Shown here: positions 22,449 to 34,785 of the stretch, in pieces | How the letters are laid out: each line of letters opens with the position of its first letter | Numbering within the stretch: position 1 is the stretch's first letter | Source: Nemertoderma westbladi | Lineage: Eukaryota > Animalia > Xenacoelomorpha | Direction of reading: 5' to 3' | Length of the DNA: 64,000 bases | Assembly (NCBI GenBank): GCA_032718475.1 | Contig: JAUCBJ010004188.1 | Span: forward strand, 1 to 64,000 | Made by a program: the position numbers and the translations under genes | Notes under the pieces: model-generated | The model's database searches: none | The model's input: only the letters and a program-made list of their open reading frames with translations | Told to the model about the DNA's origin: nothing

Positions 22449-24219
22449 AGCTGCTATAAGAGTTTATCAATATTATGATTAATTATAATTAGGCTAGCGT
22501 GCGTCGCTGCCTACCCCTCACGGCCCCCGGACAGCGCAAGATCCTCAGCGCTGATGTACTGTCGCCGCTGTGTCTATCGCCAACGTAGTAGCTGCACAAC
22601 GACAACAACAACCAGCGCGAGTCACTCCACTGTCCGTCCCAAGGGCTTAGATTTACTTCAGGTTCTTACTGCAGGGTTAGGGCTACTTTCACAACTGCGA
22701 CTCGCTACTGTAAACATACTTTAGCAGTAACATTCACCTATAAACGCACAAACTCCACACAACTGTCACAAATTGTACACTCTCGGGCCATTTGTCCATT
22801 AGTCAAGTGCCTTCCAGAATGCCACGTTATTATGATGTATCCCTGGATACTAGCAGTGCGCTATTTATGCCGTATGTTATTCAATGGGGCAAGCCCTTTT
22901 ATTGTTCTTCTAACTCACTTCTAATTCTAGCGTGGTTGTTGCCATGGTGACATTATGGAAAGCTAGCAGTAGAATTAGGGTAATTCTCATGATGCATACA
23001 GATCTGGGATGCTATTTAATAGTAATTCTTTAATTGTCAATATTCCCCTTTATACATGATTTTATGAATTTTATCGGCTATTGACTATATATTGGAGATT
23101 CTCGCACACTAATACACTTAATAGGGTGAATCTCCGCTCCCATGATCAGATCATGGGAGCTATATAATTAGATTCTATTAATTAATGGAATTTTGGGAAT
23201 ATTATAAATTGTATAAAATAACAATTTATCAAATTCATGAAAGGATATGAATTTAAATTTATTCCCGTAAATTTTATTATTTAATATGGAATAGACACAA
23301 TTTTATTCCAGAGCATGCCTGGGGACTGGGATCCTTGATTCTAGGAAATTTGTCTTTTTAAGAGTATCGGTAAGTGCTACGATATCTTAATTGACTAGAA
23401 TTTTAAAGGATCTAATTTTTAACAGATTTTAATTTATAAATTTTCTTGTTTTACAAACTCCTTAGAGTTTATTTGTGTGTATTTACTCTATTATAACATT
23501 TGTTTTAATAGATTTTTATAAATATTAACTATGTAATATTTAAGATGGGCACCGATTTATTCCAGAACATGTCTGGGGACGTTAACCACTGATTCTAGAA
23601 TTTTGTCTTTCAAGTATATCAGTGGGTGCCGCGATATCTTAATCGACTAGAATTACAGATGGTCAAAGGGTTTAACAGATCGATTTTGCGTTTTACACTA
23701 CTGTTAAAGGGACATCACGCTACTATATGTATTATTTAATATACGGTATGAGAGCAATATTGCAAGAAGCAATGTCAGTGAGAAGAGGCAAGTCGTTTCC
23801 AAGGTCTACCCAGAGCTTGGTTTAGCCGAGACACGAGGATCTGAACTTTGCATTCCTAATACTCTACTTACCAATAATACTTGAGTATAGTAGGAGCTTT
23901 ATTGTACTTTAATAAGTACGGACATTTCATTTTACTGTAATCACGTATTTATAATATGATACGGACAGTAAGGAAAGAGAAAAAGAATTATTTCTCGCCG
24001 TTGCACTAAATATATATAATATAAGTAATTAAGTAATAAACGCGATTATATATTGCACTATTCTACTAAATAACCACTAAAATAACATTCTACTAAATAA
24101 AATTAAAGAAAACGATTATTATAAAATTACATAATAATACATACCTAAATGTAATAATAAATGTAAATAATAAAAAACGAATATAAAATAATATGGTCAC
24201 ACACCCACTCCAGACGCTG

Positions 24220-27200
24220 TTATGTTGGGGAGTCCCTAGATGTCTGTTGGATTAGGGAGGTGGTCGTAGGAAGAGTATCTCGCCTTCCATAGTTTCCGGA
24301 CAGTTCTCTGTCTCTCTCCAGTAAACATAAACGACCAACTGGGCGATTGAGCTGCTGCGTCTCGAATACAATTCCCGGTTTCTTAAAGTTACGTCGCATG
24401 ACGACGAGTTCTACCGATCGCACTAAACCATCATCCGAGATATGAGTCTCGATGATACGACCTGTCTGCCACCGCTTACGTGGAAGATCTGTTTCCACAA
24501 TAAGGACCATGTCTCCGGCGCTGACGTTTTCTTGCTGTGCAAACCACTTGGTTCGAAGTTGTAGCGTGGGCAGATAATGTTTTACGAAATGGTCAGCGAA
24601 ACGACGGGATAATAACTGCATAAGTTGCCAAGTTTGTCGGCAGTATTCGTCTCCGTCCGTGATTTCCGATCGTGGGAGCATGGCTACAGGTTTCTTCAGT
24701 AGGAAGTGCGTGGGTGTTAGCGCTTCCAGAGAGTCGGGACTCGATGAGACTGGCATAAGCGGTCTTTCGTTAAGATAGGCGGCGATTTCTTCCATTAACG
24801 TCCACAAAAGTTCGTCGGTGAGATATGCGCGGCACGGCACTATAAAGTGAAATGCGGTCTTAACGCTTCTTATTAACCTCTCCCAACTTCCTCCCCACCA
24901 AGGGGAATCGGCGGCGTTGAATGTCCAGCTAGATGATGTTACCCTTAGCTGATCGTCCACCTGTCTTTGGTTCCAGTCTCTAACGTAAGCCTTGATCTCA
25001 TTATTGGCAGCAATGAAGTTCGTCCCCTTATCAGATCTCATCGTGTTGCTAGTTCCAAAGCGAGCGATCTGTCGGCGTCTAAGAACTTGGTTCAGAGCTC
25101 TACGGGGTTTATGAAAATAATAGCGAGTTCGAATTTCGCTAAGAACTCGTTCTCTACCAGCATGGTAAAGCTTACTGTGAACATCTACAATCATCTTGAT
25201 TTGTATTTCAAGATTTCTAATGAGTATGGGAAACTTAGTGTCAAAGGATAATGGAGCATTAGTTAGTCTTCCTCCAACGCGTATTAACCCATCTATCATT
25301 GTGCTAGAGAAACGATCCCTTAAGCGCATCTGTAGATTTCTCAACAACAGGAAATACTTATCGGAATCCCCATAGCATTGCAGGAGTCTCAGTATCTGCT
25401 TACTGGTTTCTTCATGCTCCTGGTAACTGATCTTCTCATTCAGAAATCTGTCTGATATCTTGTATTTGGGAAGATCTTTAGCAACATGGACCTGCGCAGA
25501 TGTCAGTGGAGCGGTATCACTAGCGATCTTCTTTCTGGAGTAGTGATAATGAAAGCATCGCTTCAAATATGCAATGGCCTTACAGAGCCGATTCCAGGAG
25601 CTATAGTGATGTATCGCTCTCTGCAGGAGGGGTGAGAGCCCTGTGAGACGTCTGGTGTTCCAGATTTCCAATCTCTCTCTCTGATTTCCACAACAGACTT
25701 ATTTGTGGCGGGGAATTTTGGATCCAAAGCGTCGTCTCCGGAAATGTGTAGAACAGACAGATCTATCACGGGTTTAAATAACTTCGATTTACTCGCCCGG
25801 GTTTTAGGTTTGACTTTCTCCGCTCCCTTGGCTTGTCTAATCTCAGCCGTGGTAAGATGAGAAGGCCATTCATCCTCTTCCTTGCTTAGGAAGTCGGGTC
25901 CACCTAACCAGTCTGGAGTATCTATCAGTTCTTGTGGAGTTGCTCCCCTGGAGGCGATGTCGTTAATCGTCCCAGGGCAATGTCTCCATTGATCTATCTT
26001 CGTGCGACTAAGTATAATGGCTACTCTGTTGGTAACGACGACGCTGAACTGACAGACTTCATTGGTTATATACTCCAACACAAGTAAAGCATCGGTCCAA
26101 TGGACAGTTTTCTCCAGTGGATAGTCGATCTGTTCTGTTACATTCCGGCCGATGGCTGTAGCGTATAGAGCCGCTTTTAACTCCGCTCGAGGAACTTTCA
26201 GCTTGTTGTTTATCAAGGCCTTAGAGGTAACCAAGGCGACCTTAATTCCATCCGGAGTTTCAACCCTCAGGTAGGCTACTATACCTATTCCCATGTCGCT
26301 GGCGTCTCCAAACACATGGAGTTGATAGGAATACGTGGGGAGAATGTGACCAAAATAAGAATGGGAAATCGTAAAATTCTCGATGGATGGTAGAGATTCT
26401 TCCCATTTCATCCACTTCTTTAATAATTCTCCCTTAAGTGGATCGTCCCACGAGTGGTTTTCAAGCCACATTTGTTGTACTAAACTCCGAGCAATCAATA
26501 TAACTGGGGTAATATATCCCAATGGATCGAAATAAGTGCTCAGGATACTTAGACAAATCCGTTTTGTTCGAATTGGATTATCTCGCTGTATTAGCTGGAA
26601 AAACAGAATATCTCTCTCCGTGTCCCATTTCAAACCAAGCGTCTTGGTTTCTGGAAGATCATCCTTGATAAGGTCTAGATCTTTAACTCATCGGTCTTCT
26701 ACCGGGATCGATTCCAGAAAGTCACGGGAGTTACTGGTGAATTTAGTTAATCGAAATCCACCTCTGAAATGGCCTGTATCATTTACCTCCGGCTCGTTTG
26801 GATGTTCGCCATCTTTCATTATCTATGCAAGGGCCACTTTTGTGGAACTCATTATCACAACTTATTAGGGACAGTCGAAACCTGGCGATATTTAAGAAAA
26901 AATTAAAATACCACTTACTGCAGATATGATTAAACCATTTCAATTTCAATAGCATACATATATATTTTTTTTTTTTTTTTTTTTTTTCATATACATTCTC
27001 CCCAATTGGTTATCAACAACTTGCATTATATAAATATATTTTCCTTTACATATTTTGCGTCATATATATAGTTTCATACTTTTTTTCTTTACATATACAT
27101 TCTCCCATATTGGTTATCATCAGTTTGCTATGCAGTCTTGTACATACCAAAAATTTTTTTTTTTACATGCAGGAAAAAACAAATATTTATAAAATTCCGA

Positions 27201-29313
27201 CAGCAGTCAACCGCACCGCACCCACCTATCTGTATAATTAAATTTACTTTAAACATTCTAGAACTCTCCAGATGCAGGGGTGAGCTAAAACTACACTAGC
27301 TATGCTATAGCGGAAGCTCACACCAATCAACCCAGCAATCAATTTTGTAGGGTATTGTGCGTTATTTTTATTTTATATTTTGGAGGAAATAAATAAATAA
27401 GAAATAAAACCTCTTTTCAAGCACTCTACCATTCCTTTGGCGACATCAATGGCTTCTTCCACCGATGGGAGGGACTTTAAATTGTCATCCATGTATATAT
27501 CCCGTTTGATGTTGTCGATAACCGCTTTGGAGAAGGTGTCCCGGTTGTCATCAGCAGTGGTGCGCACTACTGAGCAGGCATTTTAAGGGCTCGAAATGAT
27601 CCCAAAAGCCTGGATGGTCATCCAGTACTCCACAGGTTTTTGGCTGAGGTCTCCTTCAGGCCACCACAGAAATCGCAGGCTGTCTCGATCCCTATCCAGC
27701 GCTTTAACTTGTAAGAACATGCCTTCTATATCTGAGGCGAAGGCGATCGAATATTGCCGTAATCTTAAGAGTATTCCCAACAAGGATTGGAGTAAGTTGG
27801 GTCCCGGCAACAACTCGGAGTTAAGGGATTGGCCCATGTAGAGGGCGGAGCCGTCAAATACTACCCGGACTTCATTGGGTTTACCGGGTTTGGGAACGTA
27901 ATGATGTGTTAAATAGTACGTTCTCTCAGTTATGGGTGTTTCTCGCTCCGCATATCCCTTGTCAATGAATTTCTTCAGCTGGGTCTTGTACATCTCCTTA
28001 GCTGAAGCATTTGCCGTAAGGCGTCGATGTAGTTGCGCGATTCTCTTCTCCGCCAAGGGTCGGTTATTTATAAAATTGGGTTCTCGCCGTTGGAAAGGCA
28101 GACCAATCTCATACCTACCTTGATCTTTAAGAAAACGTGTAGTCGTTTCCTGTATCTGCTTGGCTCTTTCCTCTTCTACCGATAGGGCCTTATCGTAGGA
28201 ATTAGGCTCTACAGCTTCTTGAGTAAAGAATCGTACGGCGTGTTCATCGCGAGTCTTCGCGTTGTAACGATCTATCACTTCATTCAGTTCGTCATTGTAA
28301 TCGACTTGTCCACCTGGATGGATTAGGTGACACAGGTTCACTTGGTTTTGCCAAGTTTCATTTTCCGTAAGGAGGTTGATGGTATTCTCCTCGTCGAATA
28401 GTTGATGAATATCGTCATTATCTGAGGAGTATGGTGTTCCCTCAGGTGTGTCGTCTCCCTCACTGATTTCTTCTTCCCATTCACTCACCTGATGGACCTG
28501 ATCTTTGGGTAGCCTTTCCATGAGTGTCCTACGGGAAGGTGCAGTGAAGTACCAACCTACTCTTGTTCTTCCCGCATAGGTTTGCAATGGATGCGGTCGA
28601 GCAGGCCGTTTCTCTAATGTCTCAAGCGCCTCATGCGCATTTTGGCCGATGAGTATCTGTACCCCCGGGTAGTCGGTGTTGAATCTAGGTATCTCCTGCT
28701 GCTGGGTGAAATCGTCTTCATCCCAGTTATAAGGTTCCACTTGGCTGGTAGCGAAGTACTTTATCGCCACCATTTTTACTGACCTTATACTGTGTTTTCC
28801 TAGTTCATCCTGGGGGGTGGACAACGCGCCTACATAGTAGTCTGTAGCTACTGTAGATTTCCAAACCTGCATAATTCCTGAAAGGTTCAACTTAGTTCGG
28901 AACTTGGGTTGTCCAGCAAAGATGTCTTCGGCTAGTTCTTTGTCGATGAATGTTCCTGTGCTGCCGGAGTCAAGGAGGGCGTTCACTATATAGCTCTTTT
29001 TTAACCCGTGGACTCTCAACTGCACTACGGGAAATTCCCGGATTCCTACATTGGATGTTGGTGCTTTCCAAGATGGTTGTCGGTCCGGAGTAGTTAGGGG
29101 GAGCTCGCTATCGGTTTCAGTCTCATACGTAAGCGCTCGATACACTGCGGTGTTTATCATATAGCAGGATTCGTTTTCATCGGAGAATTCGTCCGTGTAA
29201 AATCCTTCCATCTCAGAACTGTGGTCAGTGTCGTTCACATCACTGAATTGGACATGTAGTTCGGACTCACTTACCTGACTCGGGCTGTTTCTTTCGAATT
29301 CGGTGTGCAACAA
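24220..29313 (-). pseudogene. pol: BEL/Pao pol: aspartic protease, RT, RNase H, integrase (frameshifts, LINE insertion, IN deletion)
   Basis: PR: ALLDSGS. RT: RVVFDGS, SLNSELLPGPNL, DIEGMFLQV, YMDD. RH: LHVFGDAS, VPRAELKAA, WTDA. IN: SDKGTNF, PWWGGSWERLIRSVK, LNERPL, LTPTHFL, RPVGRLCLLE. Confidence 0.93.
26766..27408 (+). mobile_element. 5'-truncated L2/CR1/Crack-type LINE 3' end inserted in BEL RT
   Basis: 6 bp TSD acctct (26760-26765 and 27409-27414). Encodes ...QGPLLWNSLSQLIRDSRNLAIFKKKLKYHLLQI*, a typical ORF2 C-terminus. Ends in an (AATA)n tail and splits the RT motif KRG|GFRLTKF. Confidence 0.85.
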
Positions 29314-29340
29314 GATATGATGTTTCGCGCCGCACTTAGT

Positions 29341-32300
29341 TCACCTTGCATCGGAGTAACAGGTTCGCCGTTGGTGTCCTTGTCTGAGACAATTATAACA
29401 CAACCGCTTATCCCACATGACTTCGCGTCTATCTTTTAGGGATTTCTTTAGGAATTCATCACACACACTTAAACGGTGGGGCCCATCGCACAATGCACAT
29501 TTTGGTTTGATGTTACTTACTTTACCTTGGGTAGTGTTGTGCACACTCGTTCTTTCCTCGGGCTTTCTTCCATGAATTCTCTTAGGAGAAGTAGGAGGAG
29601 TTTTTGTTACCTGTTCTCTCCTGTCACTAGTTCGAGACTTAAATTTACTTACATCCTTAGGCGCTTTGTTGACATAGTAAGATCTTTTGGTGTCTTTCCC
29701 GTTGTTCTCCTCTTGAGAGGCCTGGCTTTCGCCATCGTCTGTATAACACACCGGTGTTACCTTTCTCCTAGAAACGGGTTTCTCACTTACCTTATTTTCC
29801 GGTGTCTTCTCTCTGGACTGCTTTAGGAGCTGTAATTTTACCTCTCCATCCAAGAATGACATGAGATCAGCCATGGTAGGGTCTCTTCGTTGTTGTTCCA
29901 TCATATATAGAATTCTTTTGTCCCAACGAGTACCCACTCCACCCTTTGGCAAGGTAGATGCTACAGCTCCAATAACCATAGAACTCTGATATTCATGAGA
30001 CTTACCTAGCCAATCTAATTGTCTACAAATCTCGTGGATCTCATCGGAAAATTCTATAATCCCGTTGCTAAGAAACTTTCGGGGCGCTACCAATTTCGCA
30101 TACAAATACCTAGCTATGTTATTCCTATTACCATACCTGATGTTTAGTGTATCCCAAACTTGTCTTAATCCATCTGGATGTCCAATAAACTTTAACGCCA
30201 TTAACTTGGGAGATCCTTCCAAGCACTCGATGAGGAATCTAAGTTTCTCTCCGTTAGATAGCACAGAGTTCTGTATATTATCTTTATAATATTCATTAAA
30301 AGGTAACAATTTCATCTCATCTCCGTTGAACTTAACGATCTCTCCCACCTTTACCGCTTGACGGGCTTCGGTTCTAGCCATTTGACGCGTAAAACTTTCT
30401 TGGGCCATCGTATTATTTAATATCGAGTTATCGGTATATAAATTTCTCGGATTATTATCAGGTCTATATGGAATATCATTATCAACAGGTTTATCGTTAC
30501 CCTTAATGGGATTTATTATAGGAGTTTCTACTTCGCTAGCAGTCTAGATGCGTGTAGGCTCCACACCTTGCGCATGAAATATTTCAGACCTAACAGGTTG
30601 ACACATTGTTATAGGGGGTGATGGTATACCCCTTTGTATATTTACTAATTTATCGCGTTCTAAAGCGATACTCTGCTGCACTTCTTGCAACTCTATCCTA
30701 CCCTCTCTGACTGTTCCCTTTAACTGTTGAACAGTCCCTTCCATCTCCCGGACCTGCTGAGAGGAACACAAACGGTGTTCCCTCAGCTGCCTGAGCAGGA
30801 GACCCATCTCCCGCCGTCCCTCATCCACCCACTCTACCGCCGAAGCGGGAGCCGCCAACATAGTAGCGGGTAGACGAGGGACGACGGGCGATAAATCGTT
30901 AATGTCTCGCTCGGCGTCCAGGACTGGAATTGACTCTGGAACAGTCCTACTGGGTACAGGTAGTTTAGTACTGTGCAAAGGGAATTTAGAGTTAGGTTCT
31001 GGAAGTACAGGGGTCTCTATCACAGAAGGGGTGGCTTCGAGAACAGGCCTAATTATTTCAGGCTCATCTACTATAGTAGGGAGTCTTTCTACTCTAATAA
31101 TTTGGTCTGTGGGTTGTGTACTACCTAAGTCTGCACTAGCTATTTGCCTTCTCACAGCTGGGGGCAAATTAGGCAATTTCTGATGGTGAGGCGTTCTTAT
31201 ACGTCTGCTGGAACGAGATCTATTTCCTCCGCCTTCAGGATCTGTTATATCGCCTTCATCAGATGATGTAAATCACTTTCTCTTGGGAGTAGATCGACTT
31301 ATCATCTGCATATAGTTAGCTGTTCTTTGTTTATTGAAGTAATCTTGCTTCTCTTGAAGATTTTCCAACTCTAGTTGGACTGTCTCTTCAGATGCCCTCC
31401 GTTCTGCTGCTGCCACTGCCTCTGCCGCTTTTCTTTCCGCTTCTGCCGCTGCTACCTTTCTTTCAGCATCTGCCTCTGCCGCTGCTGCTTTTCTTTCGGC
31501 TTCTGCCACTGCCGCTGCCTCTGCCGCTGCCACTGCCACCTTTCTTTCAGCCTCTGCCCCTGCCGCTGCCGCTTTTCTTTCAGCTTCTGCCGCTGCTGCT
31601 GCAGCTGCCGCCTTTCTTTGAACTTCTGCCGCTGCCGCTGCTGCTACTTTTCTGTCTTCTATCCGTTTTTTCTTTAATTGTTCTTCATGTTCCCTAGCGA
31701 GGAGGATGCTTTCATCAAATTTAGCTTGCTTTGTGACTAACATTTCCGCATCTAATGCGTCTAACACAAATTTGGCTCCTTCACTAGTAGGGTGAAGTCC
31801 AGCCAGCCGTCTCCTCAACTCTTTGTCACCTATAAAGCGTTGATAGTCCGACAGATAGATGTCAATGGCGTCCTTCTTCTGAGGTTTCTCTAATGTAACC
31901 TCGCTTTCCACCTGAGAAAAGGTAGCGTCTGTTGATTCTCCGTGGGTCGAGCGGTCAGCCAGCTGAATTTTCCACTGGGCCGTTCCTTGAACTTTGAGAC
32001 CCACCCGTTGGAACCAAGTCTTTACGGCTACTTGCAACGACGTGTCTTGGCTTCTTTTCGAGGCTTCCTCAAAGGCCAATAGGATTAGTCTTATTCTTAG
32101 GATACGTTCTCGAACTTGATAAAGCAGCTCTCCCTGCTCTTGAGGTCCTTGGGGTTGTTGAAACAGTTGTTCCTCTAATCGCTCCAAAGAGCTGAAGAAT
32201 CCCTGTACATATCCGGCTGCCAACCTCTTCCACACAGCTGGATCTCTAGTGTCCTTTACCACTCCTATCCTGTATAAGTCCTCCCAGGCAGCTTCCGATA

Positions 32301-32883
32301 AGTTAAACGGGAGTCCGGGTCCGGGGAAGTTCCATTGCGTCTCGACAATAGACTTCAGTTCCTCCTTCGTGTATCCCGCATAACTGTCCTTGGTCGATCG
32401 CTTACTTCTCGCCCAATCAATTTGATGTTCCTCCACCGCAATCAATACTCTAGTGAGTACGGCTTCAGGAAGAATGAGAAGTGGATCCGTATAAACTGCT
32501 TCTGCTATCTTTGCAGTATCTGCAGTATCTGTAGTATCTGTATCTGAACTACTGGAGCTATCGGGTCGCTGAGAAATATCTGCAGTATCTGTATCTGTAT
32601 CTGAACTACTGGAGCTATCGGGTCGCTGAGAAATAAGTTCTCGGCTAGGGTGTTGCTGTTGTTTAACAGCTGCCTCTTGGTCCCGCTTGACTTGAGCCCG
32701 AGTGCCTATGATAGATCTACGGTACTTTACTAGCCTAGGGTCTGATACTACTACTGGAGGGATGACCTTTCTTACAGTAGGAGGGGAGTTGAACTTCGGT
32801 CTCAAACGTTCCGCACTACTATCTGGATCACAGATTGTTGTATCTATGAGACTGTCTGACAGGTTTTGCTTTGTGTCAGCCAT
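29341..32883 (-). pseudogene. gag: BEL gag with long N-terminal extension (in-frame stops)
   Basis: Gag core EKLRFLIECLEG...WDTLNIRYG; zinc knuckles CALCDGPHRLSVC and CYNCLRQGHQRRTC, with the third knuckle Cys mutated to TGA at 29341; upstream ORFs 31273..32883 and 30544..31176 are in the same frame. Confidence 0.85.
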
Positions 32884-33019
32884 GTTTGTTTGTACAGTTG
32901 AATGCCTACTGCTAGAACTACAGTTAAAGCAAGTCTAGTAATTCAGTATCAACTGTTAGCCTAGTAATTAATTACCGATATTGTTACTCTGTGTAACGTG
33001 ATATATATACAATATATTA

Positions 33020-33275
33020 GAATACCGGTATACACTTATAGTATATATATAAGTATGATTACAAACTAGGGTTTGTCACAGAATACCGGTATATAATTTC
33101 AGCATAAATATATATAAATATATAATAAGCCTACCGTGAATACCGGTATACAGCTTACACTTATAGTATATATAAGTATAATTATAGACTAAAATTAATT
33201 ACAGAATACCGGTATATAATTTCAGCATAAATTTATAGAAATAAAAGTAATAAGCCTATAGTAAATACCGGTATG
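33020..33275. repeat. Dimeric repeat (about 120 bp) with five ATACCGGTAT palindromes in the BEL 5' leader
   Basis: raataccggtat near 33020, 33082, 33138, 33204 and 33262, with alternating downstream sequence. Confidence 0.8.
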
Positions 33276-34785
33276 TCAATTATTTTATAATAACTGAATT
33301 TCTGAATTTTAGGATTACTTTCCTTTACTTTATTACTGTTATTAAGCAGTAGTCCAACTGATATTAAAACCTAATTGATGTATGACAGGCCTACTATTTT
33401 ATAAATCGGTTTGAGTTGATTTATAATATATATATATACCCTTATAATGGGTTTTTGACAATATTTGAAATAAATGTTATTATTTCTGGTAAGGAGTCAC
33501 TACACCGAAGCTGAATGCTCTCAGTGAAGTGCTACTTGTTGGACACTAAAACAAATAATTCTACTTGCCTAAGTTACGTATTACTACAAATTACGTACAA
33601 TTACGGGGTGAGATTACAATCTCTAAATAAACACAAAATTTTACACGTACAAATTTTAGGGTAATTTTACAGGAAATCTACAAACCAGCCTAACAAGGGG
33701 TTAGAATTTCTGGTTATTACAAATGGACAGGAAACTACGGTGTTTGAAAATAATTAAGCAGTAGTAAATATAATATTGCGTTGTCTAGATAAGAAAATAC
33801 CACCGTCTGACGACTTATAGTCTCTAGCTTACAGCTCTATAAGTACTACGTTATGTACCCGGAGTGTTCCTACCTAGAAGTTAATTACCGCAGCCTACCA
33901 GAGCTAACGTGCCTATTAACCACTTTATAACACAAATATACTGCCTACACACTAATTACCTTTGGACAGCACTGTACACTAAACCCTAAATTAGGTACAA
34001 GTACTTATACAACAAATAACCAGCAGTTAAAAATACTTGTACAGCTAAAAGAACCACGGTATCTGCTGGAGTGACTAGAGCATAAAATCACCAGTCTTTA
34101 CCTACGCCAAACAGCGCTGATGTAGTACCGGGGTTAATTTAACTATAACGGTATGTATAACAAGCACAATTACTGTAGGAATAAACTTGGGGTTGTGTAT
34201 GTTGCGAATAATCGCATAAACTCTGAATAATAAATATTACGCTACCCGTACAGACTACACGAACAAAATACAAACCAAACGCTAGCAGACTACTATCAAG
34301 CCTAATTAAACTACAGTATATGCAGACTCCGAAATGGTTAGTTAGTATGCGTTCTAACCGAGTAGTACGACTTATTCTTTCGGAGAGGATTTACCTTACA
34401 GCACTGGATGCCTCCACCTTCCTAACTAGTACTTTATCGGACATACACTCTACACACACTGCAATCTCTTCAGACTTAACAACAGCCAGACAACAATCCA
34501 GCCTACAAATTATTTATACAATCTGAGCAGGCTTACACGCCTTCTGCTCAATATTACACTTACAAATAAATAAAACTGACAGAAATAAGTAAAATCCCAA
34601 TATAAAACCAGGCGTCCCTGATTAAATATCAAGACCTACTGGTATATAATTATCAAAATCGAATAATACTGCTGTACCTGTAAGTACCGGTTCGGGTAGT
34701 CGGGCAGTCAGGCCTACAGCTTACCATTTGACCGGTACCTTCGACTTTATTGCCTATGGTGCAATAAAGAATCTAAATCTATTAT

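Noticed and set aside
31375-31697. Cys-rich and Pro/Leu-rich plus-strand ORFs
   Set aside because: Antisense shadows of the AAAEAERK repeat in BEL gag.
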